Assembly: GCA_048128005.1 (NCBI GenBank)
Contig: JBEUKZ010000049.1
Coordinates: 124,001-188,000, forward strand
Length of the DNA: 64,000 nt
Source of the DNA: Veleropilina oligotropha
Lineage: Eukaryota
Direction of reading: 5' to 3'
This document shows, piece by piece, positions 1 to 13,890 of this stretch. The notes below the pieces were generated by a model. The model worked only from the letters and a program-made list of their open reading frames with translations, ran no database searches and was not told where the DNA came from. Numbering within the stretch: the first letter of the stretch is position 1; each line of letters begins with the position of its first letter. The position numbers and the translations under genes are program-made.

Positions 1-1228
1 ATGATATATCAGGCGAAGACGAAGTAAGGACCGAAAGCTTCGATCTACCTGAATATCTCCGAAAAATGTATGAAGCAAGTTGTAGAAATATAAAAGATAG
101 TGAAGTGAGAAGGAAACTTAAGGAACTGTTGATAAAACATAAGGGAGCATTTTCTAAGGATAAGCTAGACCTAGGAAAATGTTCTTTGATTAAGCATAGC
201 ATCGATACAGCTGGAGCAGCTCCAATTAGACAACCACCAAGGCGAACACCACAAGGGTTCGAAGGTGAAGAAGAAATGTATCTACAGGACCAGATAAAAG
301 CAGGTGTAGTGCAGCCGTCTTGTTCGGCATGGGCGTCACCGGTCGTTCTCATACGCAAGAAGGATGGTTCGGTTAGGTGGTGCATTGATTATCGGAAAGT
401 CAAAGATGCTTATCCTATACCTCGAATAGATTCTTGTATTGATTGTTTGGGATCTGCTAAGATATTCTCGACGGTTGACTTACAAAGTGGTTATTGGCAA
501 ATAGAAATGGATGAGAGAGATAAGGCTAAGACAGCATTCATAACAAAATATGGTTTGTATGAATATAACAAATTGCCTTTCGGGTTATGCAATTCCGCCA
601 GCACATTTGAACGTTGTATCGAAATGATCTTTAGAGGTTTGCAATGGAAGACGTTACTTATCTATATAGATGATGTGATAATCTTTAGTAATTCTATGTC
701 TGAACATTTCGAGAGGTTGGACGAGGTTTTGTCAAGACTAAATAGTGCTGGGCTGAAATTAAAACCTTCGAAATGTGAATTGCTAAAATGAGAGGTTTTG
801 TTCTTAGGTTATCTGGTTGGTCAAGATGGTGTGAAGCCAAATCCTGAGAGCATAAAAGCGATTGCCAAATGGAAAGTTCCAAGCAATGTTAAGGACATTC
901 AGAGGTTTCTAGGATTATGCAACTATTACAGGCAATTTGTCTATCAATTAAGTGAGATAGCGGCGCCAATGACTGAGCTGACACACAAGGGTGTTCCATT
1001 TGAATGGACATCAAAATGTCAAAGATCATTCGATACTTTGAAAAAATCTTTGTGTGAGGCGCCAGTAAGGGCATATCCATTACCCGATGGGGAGTTTATT
1101 CTCGACACTGATGCATCCGACCTAGGAATAGGTGGTGTATTATTGCAGGTTCAAGAAGGTCAAGAAAAAGTAATTGCCTATGCTTCCAAAACACTTAATA
1201 AGCAACAAAGAAGATATTGTGTAACAAG
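1..1228 (+). pseudogene. Ty3/Gypsy LTR retrotransposon pol fragment (RT + RNase H), disrupted and truncated
   Basis: ORFs 66-791 and 798-1286 carry WASPVVL, RWCIDYR, DLQSGYWQI, LPFGLCN, YIDD and RNase H LDTDASD..GGVL.Q motifs. There is an in-frame TGA at 789-791 and a small deletion after DYRK. Homology stops at ...RRYCVTR, where a LINE 3' tail begins. Confidence 0.93.
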
Positions 1229-3230
1229 ATTGATTGAATTGATTGAATTGATGTTTAACGACCACGCCGACACTATTTGGTCATAATCGGGTCGGTCAAG
1301 TTGACTATATAATAATTTAATATAAAATATTCAAAGTTGGGATAGTAAGTACCGATAAATAAAAGATGTAAATAAAACAAACCAATACATTTCCAAATAA
1401 AATAAATCCAATGCAAATTAAGATAAAAATCAATGTAATTTAGATAAAAACACAAGGCAATAAAATAACAAAATTTAAAAGGTCAAATGTTTGCTAAATA
1501 CTAGTATAATAATAAAATAGTATAATTAAAAACAAAATATAGAATTTAGTCAAAGGAAATAAAAGTATAAATAAGAATTATAATTTATAGAAAATATTTA
1601 CCTGTTTTAAAAATTCAAATACGGCTTCGAGCTTATTAAGATTAAATAGCTCTTGGAGTGAATTGGCCCTAAAATACCGTTGGCGTGCGAGATCCAAATC
1701 GACACAATCCAATAATATATGTTTAATTGTTAGGGCAGTTGCACAAGGAATACACTCGGGTGGAGGCTCCCCTTTAAGCAAGTAGGAGTGAGTGTAGTGA
1801 GAATGCCCAATCCTCGGTCTGGCCAAGACCACCTCCTCTCGCCGAGTTGGTCTGCAAGAGGGGACCCAATCGCCAAGAAGAGGTTGGACATTCTGCAGTT
1901 TATTCCTTGTGCATTCACTCCAAGAGTGCTGCCAAGTAGAATTTATATATTTGTTATGCTTTGTTTAAAATCTGAGTGTGGTAGTTTACAATTTAGTATA
2001 TTGTTAAAATGTGAGGCTGCCTTGGCAGCTTGGTCAGCCTTCTCATTGCCTTGGATACCGATATGGCTCGGTATCCAGCATAAAACAATGTCATTGTCAG
2101 GTAAAAGGTTGTTATAGTTTAATAAAATTTCCTGAACAATAACATTTCTATTCATCTCCCTGAGTGCTTGTAAGCTAGAGAGGGAGTCTGAATAGATAAT
2201 AAAACGCCGTTTAGTACTTGTAGAGATAAAATTAAGAGCAAGCTCGATTGCTTTTAGTTCTGCAGTATAAATAGTCGCGCTGCCTGGCAGACGGTTTTGA
2301 AAACATTGTCTGCCAGTGACAGCGGCTGCTCCTACTAATTCTGCATCTTTTGAACCATCTGTGTATATGCTTGCACGATCTGAATATTTTAATTTCAGAT
2401 CGTGCACTTTTATGAGATAATCTGATTTGTCTGTGTTTGATTTTTTGAGTGATGTAAGTTGTAGATCAATTACCGGTACTTTTAGTGTCCATGGTGGAGT
2501 ATCCGGAATGTGATTTGTTTTAATTTGACCTACATGTATGCCTGCGTTTTCTAGTGCTGGTTTGATGCGGATGCCAAATGGTGCAATTTTGTTTGGTTTT
2601 GCCTGAAATAGATTTTCGTAATTTGGTGTATAGACATTTTCGAAAGCTGGGTTAGATGGATTTGATTTTAATTTTATTGCATATTGTAGTGATAGTTTTT
2701 CACGTCTGAGTGTAAGAGATGGTTCATTGGCTTCAACATAGAGACTTTCCATGGGTGATGTGCGAAAAGCCCCTAGTGCAAGTCGAAGCCCTTGATTATG
2801 GATTGGATCAAGCATTTTAAGATATGAATGGCGAGCAGAGCCATATACTATGCTCCCATAATCAAGTTTTGATCTAATTAATGATCTATATAGTCGTAAT
2901 AAAACTGTTTTATCAGCACCCCATTCAGTATTATAAACTACTTTCATTATATTTAAAGCCTTTTTACATTTGGCTTTGATGTATTTTATATGAGGTATGA
3001 AAGACAGTTTGCGGTCAAATATAAGGCCTAAAAATTTAAATTGCTCCACCACTGGAATCTCAAAGTCATCCAGTTTCAGCACAGGATCGTCATGAATTTC
3101 ACGACGCTGGCAGAAGTGCATGCATTTAGTTTTGTCCTTTGAGAATTTAAATCCATTCTCATCGGACCATATCTGTAATTTATTTAGGCCATGTTGTAAC
3201 TGGCGTTCTATACTGTTCATATTTGTTGAA
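1229..3230 (-). mobile_element. 3' half of an older I-group (Nimb-like) LINE: end of RT, RNase H, C-terminal CCHC, AT-rich 3' UTR and (ATCA)-like tail
   Basis: ORF 1943-3220 has RSKLDYG, YTDGSK, AELKAI, YSDSLS and WIPSHIGIQGNEKAD. ORF 1578-1832 has RIGH...C..C...TIKHILLDC. A short tandem tail lies at ~1229-1252. Confidence 0.9.
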
Positions 3231-3578
3231 TGAGTGAGTGAGTTAATTTATCGTCGCTGTCGGCACTATTATGCCATAGTGCGACGGTAATATTTATTTT
3301 AAATAATGAAGATATTTAAAACGATGTTAAATAATATAAAATCAATGTCAAATAATAAAAAACAATAAAAGATGTAAAGCAAAATAATAACAACAACATT
3401 AGCAATAAAATGAAGTCAAGCCATAATAAAAACAATATCAATGTCAAATAATGAAATATAATAAAACAATATCATAGAGCAAAATATGTAGTTATGGATA
3501 AAATTAGAAATGGTAAAAATAATAAAAGCACAATGGTCAATGATGTTTTAAAAATGGTTCATAAAATAATTTATATAC

Positions 3579-6500
3579 CTATAAAATATTCATCAGGCCA
3601 TTGTCCTTGATAAAAGATAAAATTGTTGATCCACCAGTATTTTTAAAAAGTTCCCTAAGATTTGAAGCATTAAAATATCTGTCTCTTGAGTGGGCGAACT
3701 CAGAACAATCAAGCAAGAGGTGCTTGACCGTGAGTTGCTCATCACAAGATATGCATACTGGTGGATCTTCCCCTTTCAGTAAAAATTCGTGAGTGAGTCG
3801 AGTGTGTCCGATTCTAACACGCCTTAAAATAACTTGTTCGAATCGGAATGATGTGTCTAAATGTGTGGGGCCAATATTGGACCTGATTTGGAACAATTTA
3901 TTATGAATTTGATTGTTCCATAAATTTTGAAATAGGCCTCGAATGTATGTTGAAATGGCAGGTTTAAAATCGATGTAAATAGTTTTTAAAAGATATACAT
4001 TCTCTTTATTTAATGCTGCTTTGGCAGCTGCATCAGCTCTATTATTTCCAATGATACCCACGTGACTCGGCACCCAACAAAACACAATATTACGATCAGC
4101 GATACTGTGGTTGAGTTCAATAATTTTCAAGATCAATTCATGAGTAAGGGAATGATGTTGGAGTGCCTGTAAAACAGATAGAGAATCAGTAAATATAATA
4201 TAATTATTTGTTTGGGAATGTTGGATATATTCCACAGCTGTTAGAATCGCCTTAGCTTCGGCAGTGAAAATAGAACATGGAGCAGGAAGTTTATGAGTAA
4301 TACTTCTGGATCCAATTATGGTGGCACAAGATACTTTGTCCCCATCCTTGGACCCATCAGTGAAAATAGATCGATAGGTGTCATATTTAGAGCGGAGGTT
4401 ACCATATTCCTGTTTGTAAACAGCTTCGTTTGTGTCAGATTTCGAAAATTTTGTTAAAGATAAGTCGACCCTTGGCAATTTTAATTGCCATGGAGGGATA
4501 TCAGAGAGACGAATAGTTGTAATAAGATCAAGATCGATATTAGCGGCATTTATATGAGGCTTTATCCGAATGCCAAGAGGTGGGACTAGCTTAGGTTTAT
4601 CTAGAAATTTGTGTTCGTATTGTGGTTGGAACACACAACTATATGCTGGATTTATAGGATTTGCGTAGAGTTTAATAGCGTACTGAAGAGATAGTTTAAT
4701 CCTCCTTTGGCTGAGAGGTGGTTCATCAGATTCAACATATAGACTCTCTTTAGGAGACGTTCTAAACGCTCCCATCGATAGCCTTAAACCTTGATGATGA
4801 ATAGGATCCAACAATTTCAGAGTCGAATTACTTGCCCCGTTGTATACAATGGATCCGTAGTCTAGTTTAGATCTAATTAGTGATCTGTATAAGTTGAGGA
4901 GGGTTTTCTGATCTCCTCCCCACTTCGTGTTTGCAATTACTTTTATAAGGTTCATAGCTTTTAGGCACTTATTTCTAAGGTACGTTATATGTGGTTTAAA
5001 CGTAAGGCGACGATCGAGAATAAGTCCTAGAAATTTTACTTCATCTACCACCTTAATGGGGGTTCCAATTAAAGCAAGATTTGGGACAGCATGGCATCGG
5101 TAGTTCTTACAAAAGTGTACACAGTTTGTTTTGCTCTTTGAAAATTTAAATCCATTTTCATGTGACCATTTCGTTATCCTGTTAAGACATAGTTGTATTG
5201 TCGTTCAATGGTTTGCATATGTCTACCGCGACAGGATATGCCAAAATCATCTACAAATAATGATCCATCAATGGAATCATTTAAAACTTTTGATAGGCTG
5301 TTAATTTTAATAATAAAAAGTGTAACAGATAAAATACTTCCCTGTGGAACCCCTTGATCCTGATCGTAGTAATCGGATAAGGTGGAACCTAAACGTACTT
5401 GGAATTGTCTATCTTTTAAGAATTGAGAAATGAAGAAGGGTAAACGCCCTCTTAATCCCAATGAGTGAAGATCTTTTAAAATTCCATGCTTCCATGTTGT
5501 ATCGTATGCTTTGTCTAAGTCGAAAAAGATCGATACAACATGGTCGCCATTTACAAAGGCATCTTTAATATAAGACTCCAGTCTTATAAGATGATCGACT
5601 GTGCTGTGGTTTTTACGGAATCCACACTGGATATCACTTATAAAATTGTTTGATTCTAAAAACCAAACAAGTCGATCATTAATCATGCGCTCCATGGTTT
5701 TACATATGCAGCTCGTTAACGATATTGGTCGATAATTCGACGGATCTGTAGGATCTTTTCCAGGTTTGGGTAAGGGAATAACTATGGCCTGATGCCATGA
5801 AGGTGGAAAATCACCTGTCGACCATATACGGTTGAAAATATCCAATAAAACATCCAAACATGAGCTTGGTAAATGTTTGAGAAGCTGGTAGTGAATCTCA
5901 TCAGGACCAGCAGCCGTATCGTGGGCTTTACTAAGAGCAGTCAGTAGTTCTGTCACAGAAAATTCATCGTTGTAATTTTCGGAATTATCCGAAAGGAAGT
6001 TTACTTTCTGCTTCTCTTGAGTTTTTTGGTATTTCTGGAACTCTGGCAAGTAATTCTTCGATGAAGAATTACTTTCCAGAGTTTCGCCCAATTTATTTGC
6101 CACATCAAGCTTGTTAGTGATAAGTGTGTCATCTTGCTTAAGATGGTGAAAGGAATTGCTTGAACCTTTTCCTTTGATTCGCTTCACCATATTCCACACT
6201 TTGGTAATGGGCGTTCTAGTGTTTATTTTAGAAACAAAAATTTCGCCACGATTCACGCCTTGATGCCTTAAACGTGCGTTTGGCAACAGCCGAAGCACGT
6301 TTAAGAGCATCAAGATTGTCTGTAGTTGGATATTTATAGAAATGTTTTGCGGCTTTCTGTCTTTTTTTTCTAGCCTGCTTACAGTCGTCATTGAACCATG
6401 GTTTACGTATATGTGGAACTGCAGAGGATTTTGGTATCGTTTTATTTGCGATGTCAATGAGAGCATCTGAAAATGCCTTAATAGGATCATTGACTTCGAA

Positions 6501-7250
6501 ATGGTCGGATTTTATTGTAGTTTCACACATGGTGTGATAGGTAAGCCAGTCGGCTTTTGAGAAATTCCATCTTGATAATGGTACATGGTCATCGGGTGTC
6601 ACAGATTTCAGTATAATTGGGAAATGGTCACTTCCACAGAGGTCATCGTGGACTGACCATGAAAATTCATCCAATAAATTTGCACTTGTTAGTGTAAGAT
6701 CGAGTGCTGAATACGATCCTGTGGCGGGGTGCAAGTAAGTATTAGTACCATTATTAAAAAAACACAGATCATTATTTGATAGTAAGTTTTCTATGATCCT
6801 TCCTTTGTCATTTGAGGTGTTGCTCCCCCAAAGAGGACTGTGACCGTTAAAGTCACCCATGATGATACATGGCTTCGGAAGTTGATCGTATAGATCTTGT
6901 AGATCAGCTGAAGTAAGCTTAGTAGAGGGAGGTATATATAGTGAGCATAATGTAAAAGCAACATGCAAGGTAAGGCGGATGGCAACTGCCTGTAAGTTCG
7001 TCGTAAGGTCAACAGGACTATGCATTATTCCTTGTCTGACGAATATAGATGATCCACCTGTTACTTTTTCACCTTGGGGCCCATATGTATGGTAAGGCTC
7101 ATATCCTCTGAAATTAATAATGTCTGTGTTTTTAAAATATGTTTCCTGGATACAGAAAGCGGATGGTTTAAAATCCTGCGCCAGTAATTGAATGTCATTA
7201 AAATTTGTGTTAAATCCTCTGCAGTTCCACTGAATAAGGTGTGTATTCAT
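3579..7250 (-). pseudogene. LINE ORF2 (APE endonuclease, RT, RNase H, CCHC) with two frameshifts
   Basis: Three consecutive ORF segments. 6228-7250 has QWNCRG, QET, GDFN and SDHFP; 5174-6490 has YRPISL, GVPQGS and FVDD; 3579-5051 has FTDGS and WVPSH. Frameshifts fall near 6235 and 5190. Confidence 0.92.
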
Positions 7251-7291
7251 GATTTGGAGTTCGGGGGTTTGATTGGAGACCTACGTTCTCT

Positions 7292-8605
7292 TTATCGATT
7301 TTGACGAGGTTCCTCCATGAACTCCATGGATTCCGATTCCAATTCAATAAACCTGTTATGAAGTTTAATTGGGTCGTCCTGACCCTTTTTGTTGCGCCCC
7401 GATTGGGGCTTTTTCCCTGAAGTGGGAGACTTTTTTCTTGATCTTGACTGGTTTGGTGTATATCTAGACTGAGACTGAGATGGAGATTGCGACGGAGTAG
7501 CAGATCGAGATCTAGCATATGATTGTGAATGATTGGTAGAAGATGATTCAAAAGTACTTTGAGTTGGAACATCAGGGTGGTTGCTGTTTGTTTGTGATGA
7601 TGCTTGAGATGTTTTCGCTGTGGAGGGTGGATTTGGGTTCTTTAATCTTGTTGGTCGTTCATTGGAGATCCATGTCAGATCCGTCTGACAAGCAGCAGAA
7701 GTGGTGGTGATCGACTTCTTTTGGACCAATGAACGAACAACCGATGAAAATGATTGGGCTGACTCGGATGCAAGTAGTTTCTTAGCCTCTGGATATGATA
7801 TGTTTTTATCCGTTTTCAAACGTGTGATTTTGGACTCCCAAATCCATTTTGGACACTGCTTGGAGGCGGAAGTATGGTCTCCATTGCAGTTGACACATTT
7901 TGGCGGAGCCTCGCATTTGTAAATATTTCCACTTTCATGTTCATCGCTTCCACAGCGGAAACATCTCGCCATATTAGTGCAGTTATTTGCACCATGACCA
8001 TACTTTTGGCATCTAAAGCACCGAAGTGGATTGGGATAATATACATCCACTTCGATGCGATTGTAACCAGCGGTGATGTGAGTGGGACGAATAGCAGTTT
8101 CAAAGGTCATGAGGTAGGTGTTTGTAGGTATTTTAGAACCATCTTTTGTAATGGAGAAGCGTTTGACATTAATAATACCCTGTTGTTCCAACTCAGATTC
8201 AATTTCGCGTTCTGTCAGGTATTGAAGGCATCGATCACGATCCCTAACGATACCTTTTGAAGTATTCAGGTACTTATGCGGTTGTACATGCACGGCAGCA
8301 TTTGCAAAAATCTCGATCTTCAGAAGATTGAGAGACTGTTGCCTTCTATTACATTCAATAAGAAGGCTTCCGTCTCTCAATGTTTTAACACTTTTGACAG
8401 TACCTGCAATACTTTCAATAGTCTTGGCAATGATAAAAGGATTTTTCGTTAGGGGATGTTTCGTGGCGTTTCCTTCAATGCCTGACAGAAGTAAAAAGTG
8501 TGGCCAGTTTGTCGAATTATAGGAACTATGGATGTCATTCTCGTCGGACGAGGATGATGAATCCTGTCTCAGTCTTTTGGTTGTTGTTTGTTTGTTTGTA
8601 GCCAT
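7292..8605 (-). CDS. LINE ORF1, gag-like nucleic-acid-binding protein with three CCHC knuckles
   Basis: Intact 437-aa ORF with PLRCFRCQKYGH...C, CFRCGSDEH...C and CVNCNGDH.....C, followed by a Ser/Arg-rich tail. Confidence 0.92.
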   Translation of the reverse strand: MATNKQTTTKRLRQDSSSSSDENDIHSSYNSTNWPHFLLLSGIEGNATKHPLTKNPFIIAKTIESIAGTVKSVKTLRDGSLLIECNRRQQSLNLLKIEIFANAAVHVQPHKYLNTSKGIVRDRDRCLQYLTEREIESELEQQGIINVKRFSITKDGSKIPTNTYLMTFETAIRPTHITAGYNRIEVDVYYPNPLRCFRCQKYGHGANNCTNMARCFRCGSDEHESGNIYKCEAPPKCVNCNGDHTSASKQCPKWIWESKITRLKTDKNISYPEAKKLLASESAQSFSSVVRSLVQKKSITTTSAACQTDLTWISNERPTRLKNPNPPSTAKTSQASSQTNSNHPDVPTQSTFESSSTNHSQSYARSRSATPSQSPSQSQSRYTPNQSRSRKKSPTSGKKPQSGRNKKGQDDPIKLHNRFIELESESMEFMEEPRQNR

Positions 8606-9124
8606 GTTGTGTTGTATAATTCAATGCATCTGGCCCCCACCCACCATGGAGTGCCAACAAGGGCGATGTCCATACGCCTACTGGTAACCGGCAGGCAGAC
8701 ACCGAGGGTACAGATGCATTATACTCCATTATTATCAACATAAGAAGCTTTAGATAAAACCCAAAGATCTAAGCGGTCAATAATACCAGATTGACCCATG
8801 AGCAACCGCCTTCTACACTACAGGCCAAACTATTTACAGTATATATATACAATTATGAATGATAGTTTATGATGATAATAAAATTGAGTTACTTGCCAAA
8901 ATGAAAGATGTTAAAACTGGCATATAACTATGTCGCCTGCAATCTAGGGCATGGCGTTACCAGCCGATTGAATGGACCGGGCCCATCCATTTACCACTCT
9001 AGAGGAATCATGGGCCAAAGTGGTGTGTTGGGTCAAAGACGGGTAATACCAGCATCTTTGCCCCTCAACCACCAGGATCCCACTCTCCCTCGACAGTAGG
9101 TCGCAGGTCACGGCAAACGACCTG

Positions 9125-9200
9125 GTTGTGCGTTTCGTTCAGGGAACTTTCGTTCCCCTATCCAGGGCCCACCACGAGGAGGCGCACAACATCGAGCCCC
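9125..9200 (-). ncRNA. HDV-like self-cleaving ribozyme at the LINE 5' end
   Basis: Minus strand reads GGGGCUC gau GUUGUGC GCC UCCUCGU GGU GGGCCCU GG auagGGGAAC gaaa GUUCCC ugaa C GAA ac GCACAAC. This gives P1 with a G1-U wobble, P2, P3, L3 UCCUCG, P1.1 CC/GG, P4 with a GAAA tetraloop and J4/2 CGAA. Confidence 0.85.
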
Positions 9201-10575
9201 TCATATTTGTTGAACGATAGCAAATACCAAAATCGTCAACAAATAATGAACAGTCAGTGCCAGCACTAATACATTTGACGATACTGTTTATTTTAATACT
9301 GAATAGGGTGACTGATAAAATGCTTCCTTGAGGGACACCCATCTCCTGGTCGTGGATATCGGAGAGGGTGTCACCCACCTTGACTTGAAAATTTCTATCC
9401 TCAAGGAATTTCGAAATAAAATTTGGCAAGTGGCCTTTTAAACCAAAATCAAACAAATCCTTCATAATCCCGTACTTCCAAGTAGTGTCGTAGGCCTTCT
9501 CTAGATCGAAAAAAACAGCAACTAAATGTTGTCTGTTTAGGAAGGCCTCACGAACAAAAGTTTCCAAACGTACCAAGTGATCTGTGGTGCTCCGGTTGCG
9601 CCGGAACCCACTTTGATATTCTGTAAGTAAATTATTTGATTCTAAGTACCAAACTAATCTCTTATTTATCATCCGTTCCATGGTTTTACAAATACAACTC
9701 GTCAGGGCTATGGGTCGATAACTGTTAGGATGTGATGTATCTTTCCCTGCCCTTGCAATTGGGATAATAATAGCTTCCCTCCACGAGGGAGGGGAGGTTC
9801 CCGTTTCCCAGATAGTATTGAATATTGCAAGTAGAGTTGTAAGTGATGTTCCAGGTAAGTGCTTAAGTAATTGATAGTGAATGTCATCAGGGCCAACTGA
9901 TGTGTCATGTGCCTTGTTTAGTGAATCTGTGAGTTTCTTGTGTGAAAATGGCTGATTGTATGACTCGGTATTGTGTGATCTAAAATTGGGCCTTGTTTTT
10001 TCTTTCTGATGTTTAAAACGGCTGAATTTTGGAGTGCAGTTGTCGGATGATGAATTGGCAGAAAATGTGTCTGCCAAGGTGTTTGCGATGTCTTTAGCTG
10101 TGTCGGCTTCTGAATTGTTTGTTTTAAGGTGCTTGATGCAGTTTGGTGTATGCTTGCCGCTGATTTTACGGATCATATCCCATGTTTTTTTAATAGTGGA
10201 ACGAGAGTTTAGTTTGGTAACGTAGGAATGCCAGGATTCCCTTTTGCTTTGCTTGATGGTACGTCTGGCTTTTGCTCTTAATAGCCTAAAGCTATTAAGA
10301 TTGTGTAGTGTTGGGTGCTGTTTGAATGTTGAAATTGCATGTATGCGTGTTTTGATTGCTTGTCTGCAGTCTTCATTAAACCAAGGTTTATTTTTGTGTT
10401 TGGTATTTGGGCAGGTTTTTGGAATTGACAGAGTTGCAATGTCGTGTAATGTTGTAGAGAAACTTGATATTTGGTCATCGCCATTAGTGAAGTTATTTAA
10501 GTGTAATTGCTCTTCGCAAAGAGATTGGAATTTTCCCCAATCTGCTTTGTGAAGTTTCCACCTTTCGGTGTTCCT
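9201..10575 (-). mobile_element. 5' (RT) part of the older Nimb-like LINE, 5'-truncated
   Basis: ORF 9139-10659 has YRPIAL, GFRR, DLEKAYD, GVPQGS and FVDD. It joins in frame across the TSD to MNSIERQLQ at 3220. Confidence 0.9.
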
Positions 10576-10666
10576 GTATGTATGTATGTATGTATGTATG
10601 TATGTATGTATGTATGTATGTATGTATGTATGTATGTATGTATGTATGCATGCATGCATGCATGTA
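10575..10666. repeat. (TATG)n microsatellite grading into (CATG)n
   Basis: Direct reading of the sequence. Confidence 0.97.
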
Positions 10667-11181
10667 TATTTAGTGTTAGTTGAATGACATTTAAATATGT
10701 TACTTGGACAAGTTAATACAATACACGATTTATGCTATGAAAACAATATAAGGTTAGAATATTTGAACAATTATCGAAAACATGTTTATTTTGCATGTTT
10801 ATAACCTAGACGATGACTTCCGTTAAAAACAACGCGTAAACGGCTATTATTCGTTTTTCCGCGCATGACGTGTGATGAGTATTCCTCAAGCTGAAATGGT
10901 TGCTGTCAACAAGGAACGTGATATTGGCAGTTTGTCAGATACCAGTCTTTTCTCTGGAATAAAACCGGACCAACACTAATATTTTGTAGAAACGAAAGAG
11001 GGAAGTATTATTACGAAGTATTGTAAGCTACATAATTAAATAACATTATTTTTTTCCAAAATCGTTGAAGGCTTGTGGCAACATGCGTTCGGGATAGCGA
11101 TTTATCGGAGAATTGTTGTTATATTCTACACAGCACATTTTTGTTCCGATGGCATAAAACTGAATGTCACATGTCAATTCC

Positions 11182-11502
11182 GTCGTGGCTCAGTGGGTTG
11201 TTCACAGGACTCTGGTCACAGAGTCTCGAGTTCGCCTCCAAAGCTCGGCGATTTCACTTGGGCAAGGAAATAAGCATATATTTGCCTCGGTCCACCCAGC
11301 CGGCCTGAATGGGTACCTGGTTGGCAGTTATGTAAGTCACGGCGCTATCCGCGTGTAAATGACTGTAATGCTCCCATGGGGAGTTGAGATGGCATAACGA
11401 ATGGAACAGGCCCATAACCAGGGGTAATAATGTTCAGCGCATTGAGACACTAGCGTAATAATGCGCTATATAAGACCGGAGTATTATTATTATTATTATT
11501 AT
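11182..11502 (+). mobile_element. tRNA-derived SINE with a Deu/Nin-like central domain and an L2-like 3' tail, copy 1
   Basis: Head gtggctcagtgg...gagttcgcc (A/B-box-like), then ccacccag...aatgggtacc and tgctccc..ggagttgag, then gcgctatataa and (TAT)n. Near-identical copies lie at 16331 and 54394. Confidence 0.8.
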
Positions 11503-11782
11503 AAGGTCGGCGATAGGCTGGGTGCCGTTACTCTTATACAATAATGAATTATAATATTAGCACCGACGTTGTAAGCACTCGCGATATCAATAGTACCGTA
11601 TCGTCGTGGAGGACATTCGACCAACCTGCATGCTATGAGCAGTTCCATCAAACTGCAAATGTTTGACTATCATTGACCAAGTTCTCAAAAAATACCAAAA
11701 TAGCTCCGATAACATGACATCATTCGTTTTTCGCCGCTAACGTCATCTTGCGACATGCGCCTCATTTTGTCGTGGAGGGTCA

Positions 11783-11897
11783 CATATATATATTTATATA
11801 TATATATATTTATATATATATATATTTGTATATATATATATTTATATATATATATATTTATATATTTATATATATATATATTTATATATATATATAC
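11783..11897. repeat. (TA)n microsatellite with TTTA interruptions
   Basis: Direct reading of the sequence. Confidence 0.97.
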
Positions 11898-12817
11898 TCA
11901 ACCAAAAAAGAAACGCACACCCCACTTTCAGATAATTTCACTAGATTACCAATTTGCGAAAATTTTATGCAAGAAAACATTTCTGAGACACTAACTTTCT
12001 TTCCTTCATTAATGAATTAAAATAAAGATATATTTCCCAGCTCAAAACGTTTTGCGGGGAATATTAATATGCAAACCGTCCATGCGTGCACTCGTCCGTC
12101 AGCCCGTGCAAATAATCTTTTGCGGAGCGTATCTCATAAACCGCTCAACTTATCTTTATGAGATTTGGTGGAAGTATTAAGCAGTTGGTGATATGGTATC
12201 ATGGCTAATTTTTATAATGTGCGGTCATTATTGACAGAGTTATTACCCTTGGTATTATTTAAGAAAAGAAATTTCAAACCCAATTTGTGAAAATTTAATG
12301 CAAGGAGACTTTGATCAGACACTAACTTTATTTTCTACATTAATGAACAAGAAGAAAAGGATATCAATATCCTCCGCAAAGGTACATTCACAATTACTAG
12401 GCCTGTATACTTTATTTTCATGGAGATACAATGGAGTAAGCGAATTTCTACTTTTAAATAGCAACAAGGGCAGTAACTCGGTCTATTATCGCCGCACAAC
12501 ATTAAAATTAGCAATGGTACCAGTTCACCAACTGATTAATACACTAACCAAATTTCGAAAAGATATGTTGAGAGGTTTATGAGATACGCTCCGGGGAAGA
12601 TAATTTGCACGGAAAGACGGACGCGCGCACGCACGGACGGTTTGCATTTTAATATTCCTTTCAAAAAAATGTTGGCAGAAAAAAATTATCTTTCATTATT
12701 TAATAAATGGAGGAAAGAAAGTTGGTGTCTCAGAAATGTTTTCTTGCATCCAATTTTCGCAAATTGTTAATCTAGTGAAATTATGTAAAAGTGGCTGTGC
12801 GTTTCTTTTTTGGTTGA

Positions 12818-13694
<877 letters not shown>

Positions 13695-13697
<3 letters not shown>

Positions 13698-13890
13698 TTA
13701 TAAACACCGTCTTATTGGGTCTAATGTAAGTCTCATACTCGAACTATTGGGTCTTCTATATTTTATTGGGTCTTTTCGATTTTATTGGGTCTTTTTGCGA
13801 CCTAATAATATTTTATGTGAGAAATGCTCCCAAAATGCAGAAAATCAATTTTTTTTCGTATGTTATAGAACCGACTTATTGGGTCTTTAT
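13695..13890 (+). mobile_element. Left terminus of a TIR-type element, with five (T/C)TATTGGGTC subterminal motifs
   Basis: ttataaacaccgtcttattgggtcta (13698-13723) is the reverse complement (25/26) of 63382-63407. Motifs start at 13712, 13744, 13763, 13782 and 13876. Confidence 0.7.

Larger units (their letters stand above)
3231..9200 (-). mobile_element. Full-length I-group (Nimb-like) non-LTR retrotransposon
   Basis: A 14-bp TSD tcatatttgttgaa occurs at 3217-3230 and 9201-9214. The element has a 5' UTR, ORF1, ORF2 (EN-RT-RNase H) and an (ACTC)n tail at 3231-3243. Confidence 0.95.

Noticed and set aside
10576..10659. His/Thr/Tyr/Ile-repeat N-terminus of ORF 9139-10659
   Set aside because: It is read-through from the (CATA)n microsatellite into a 5'-truncated LINE.
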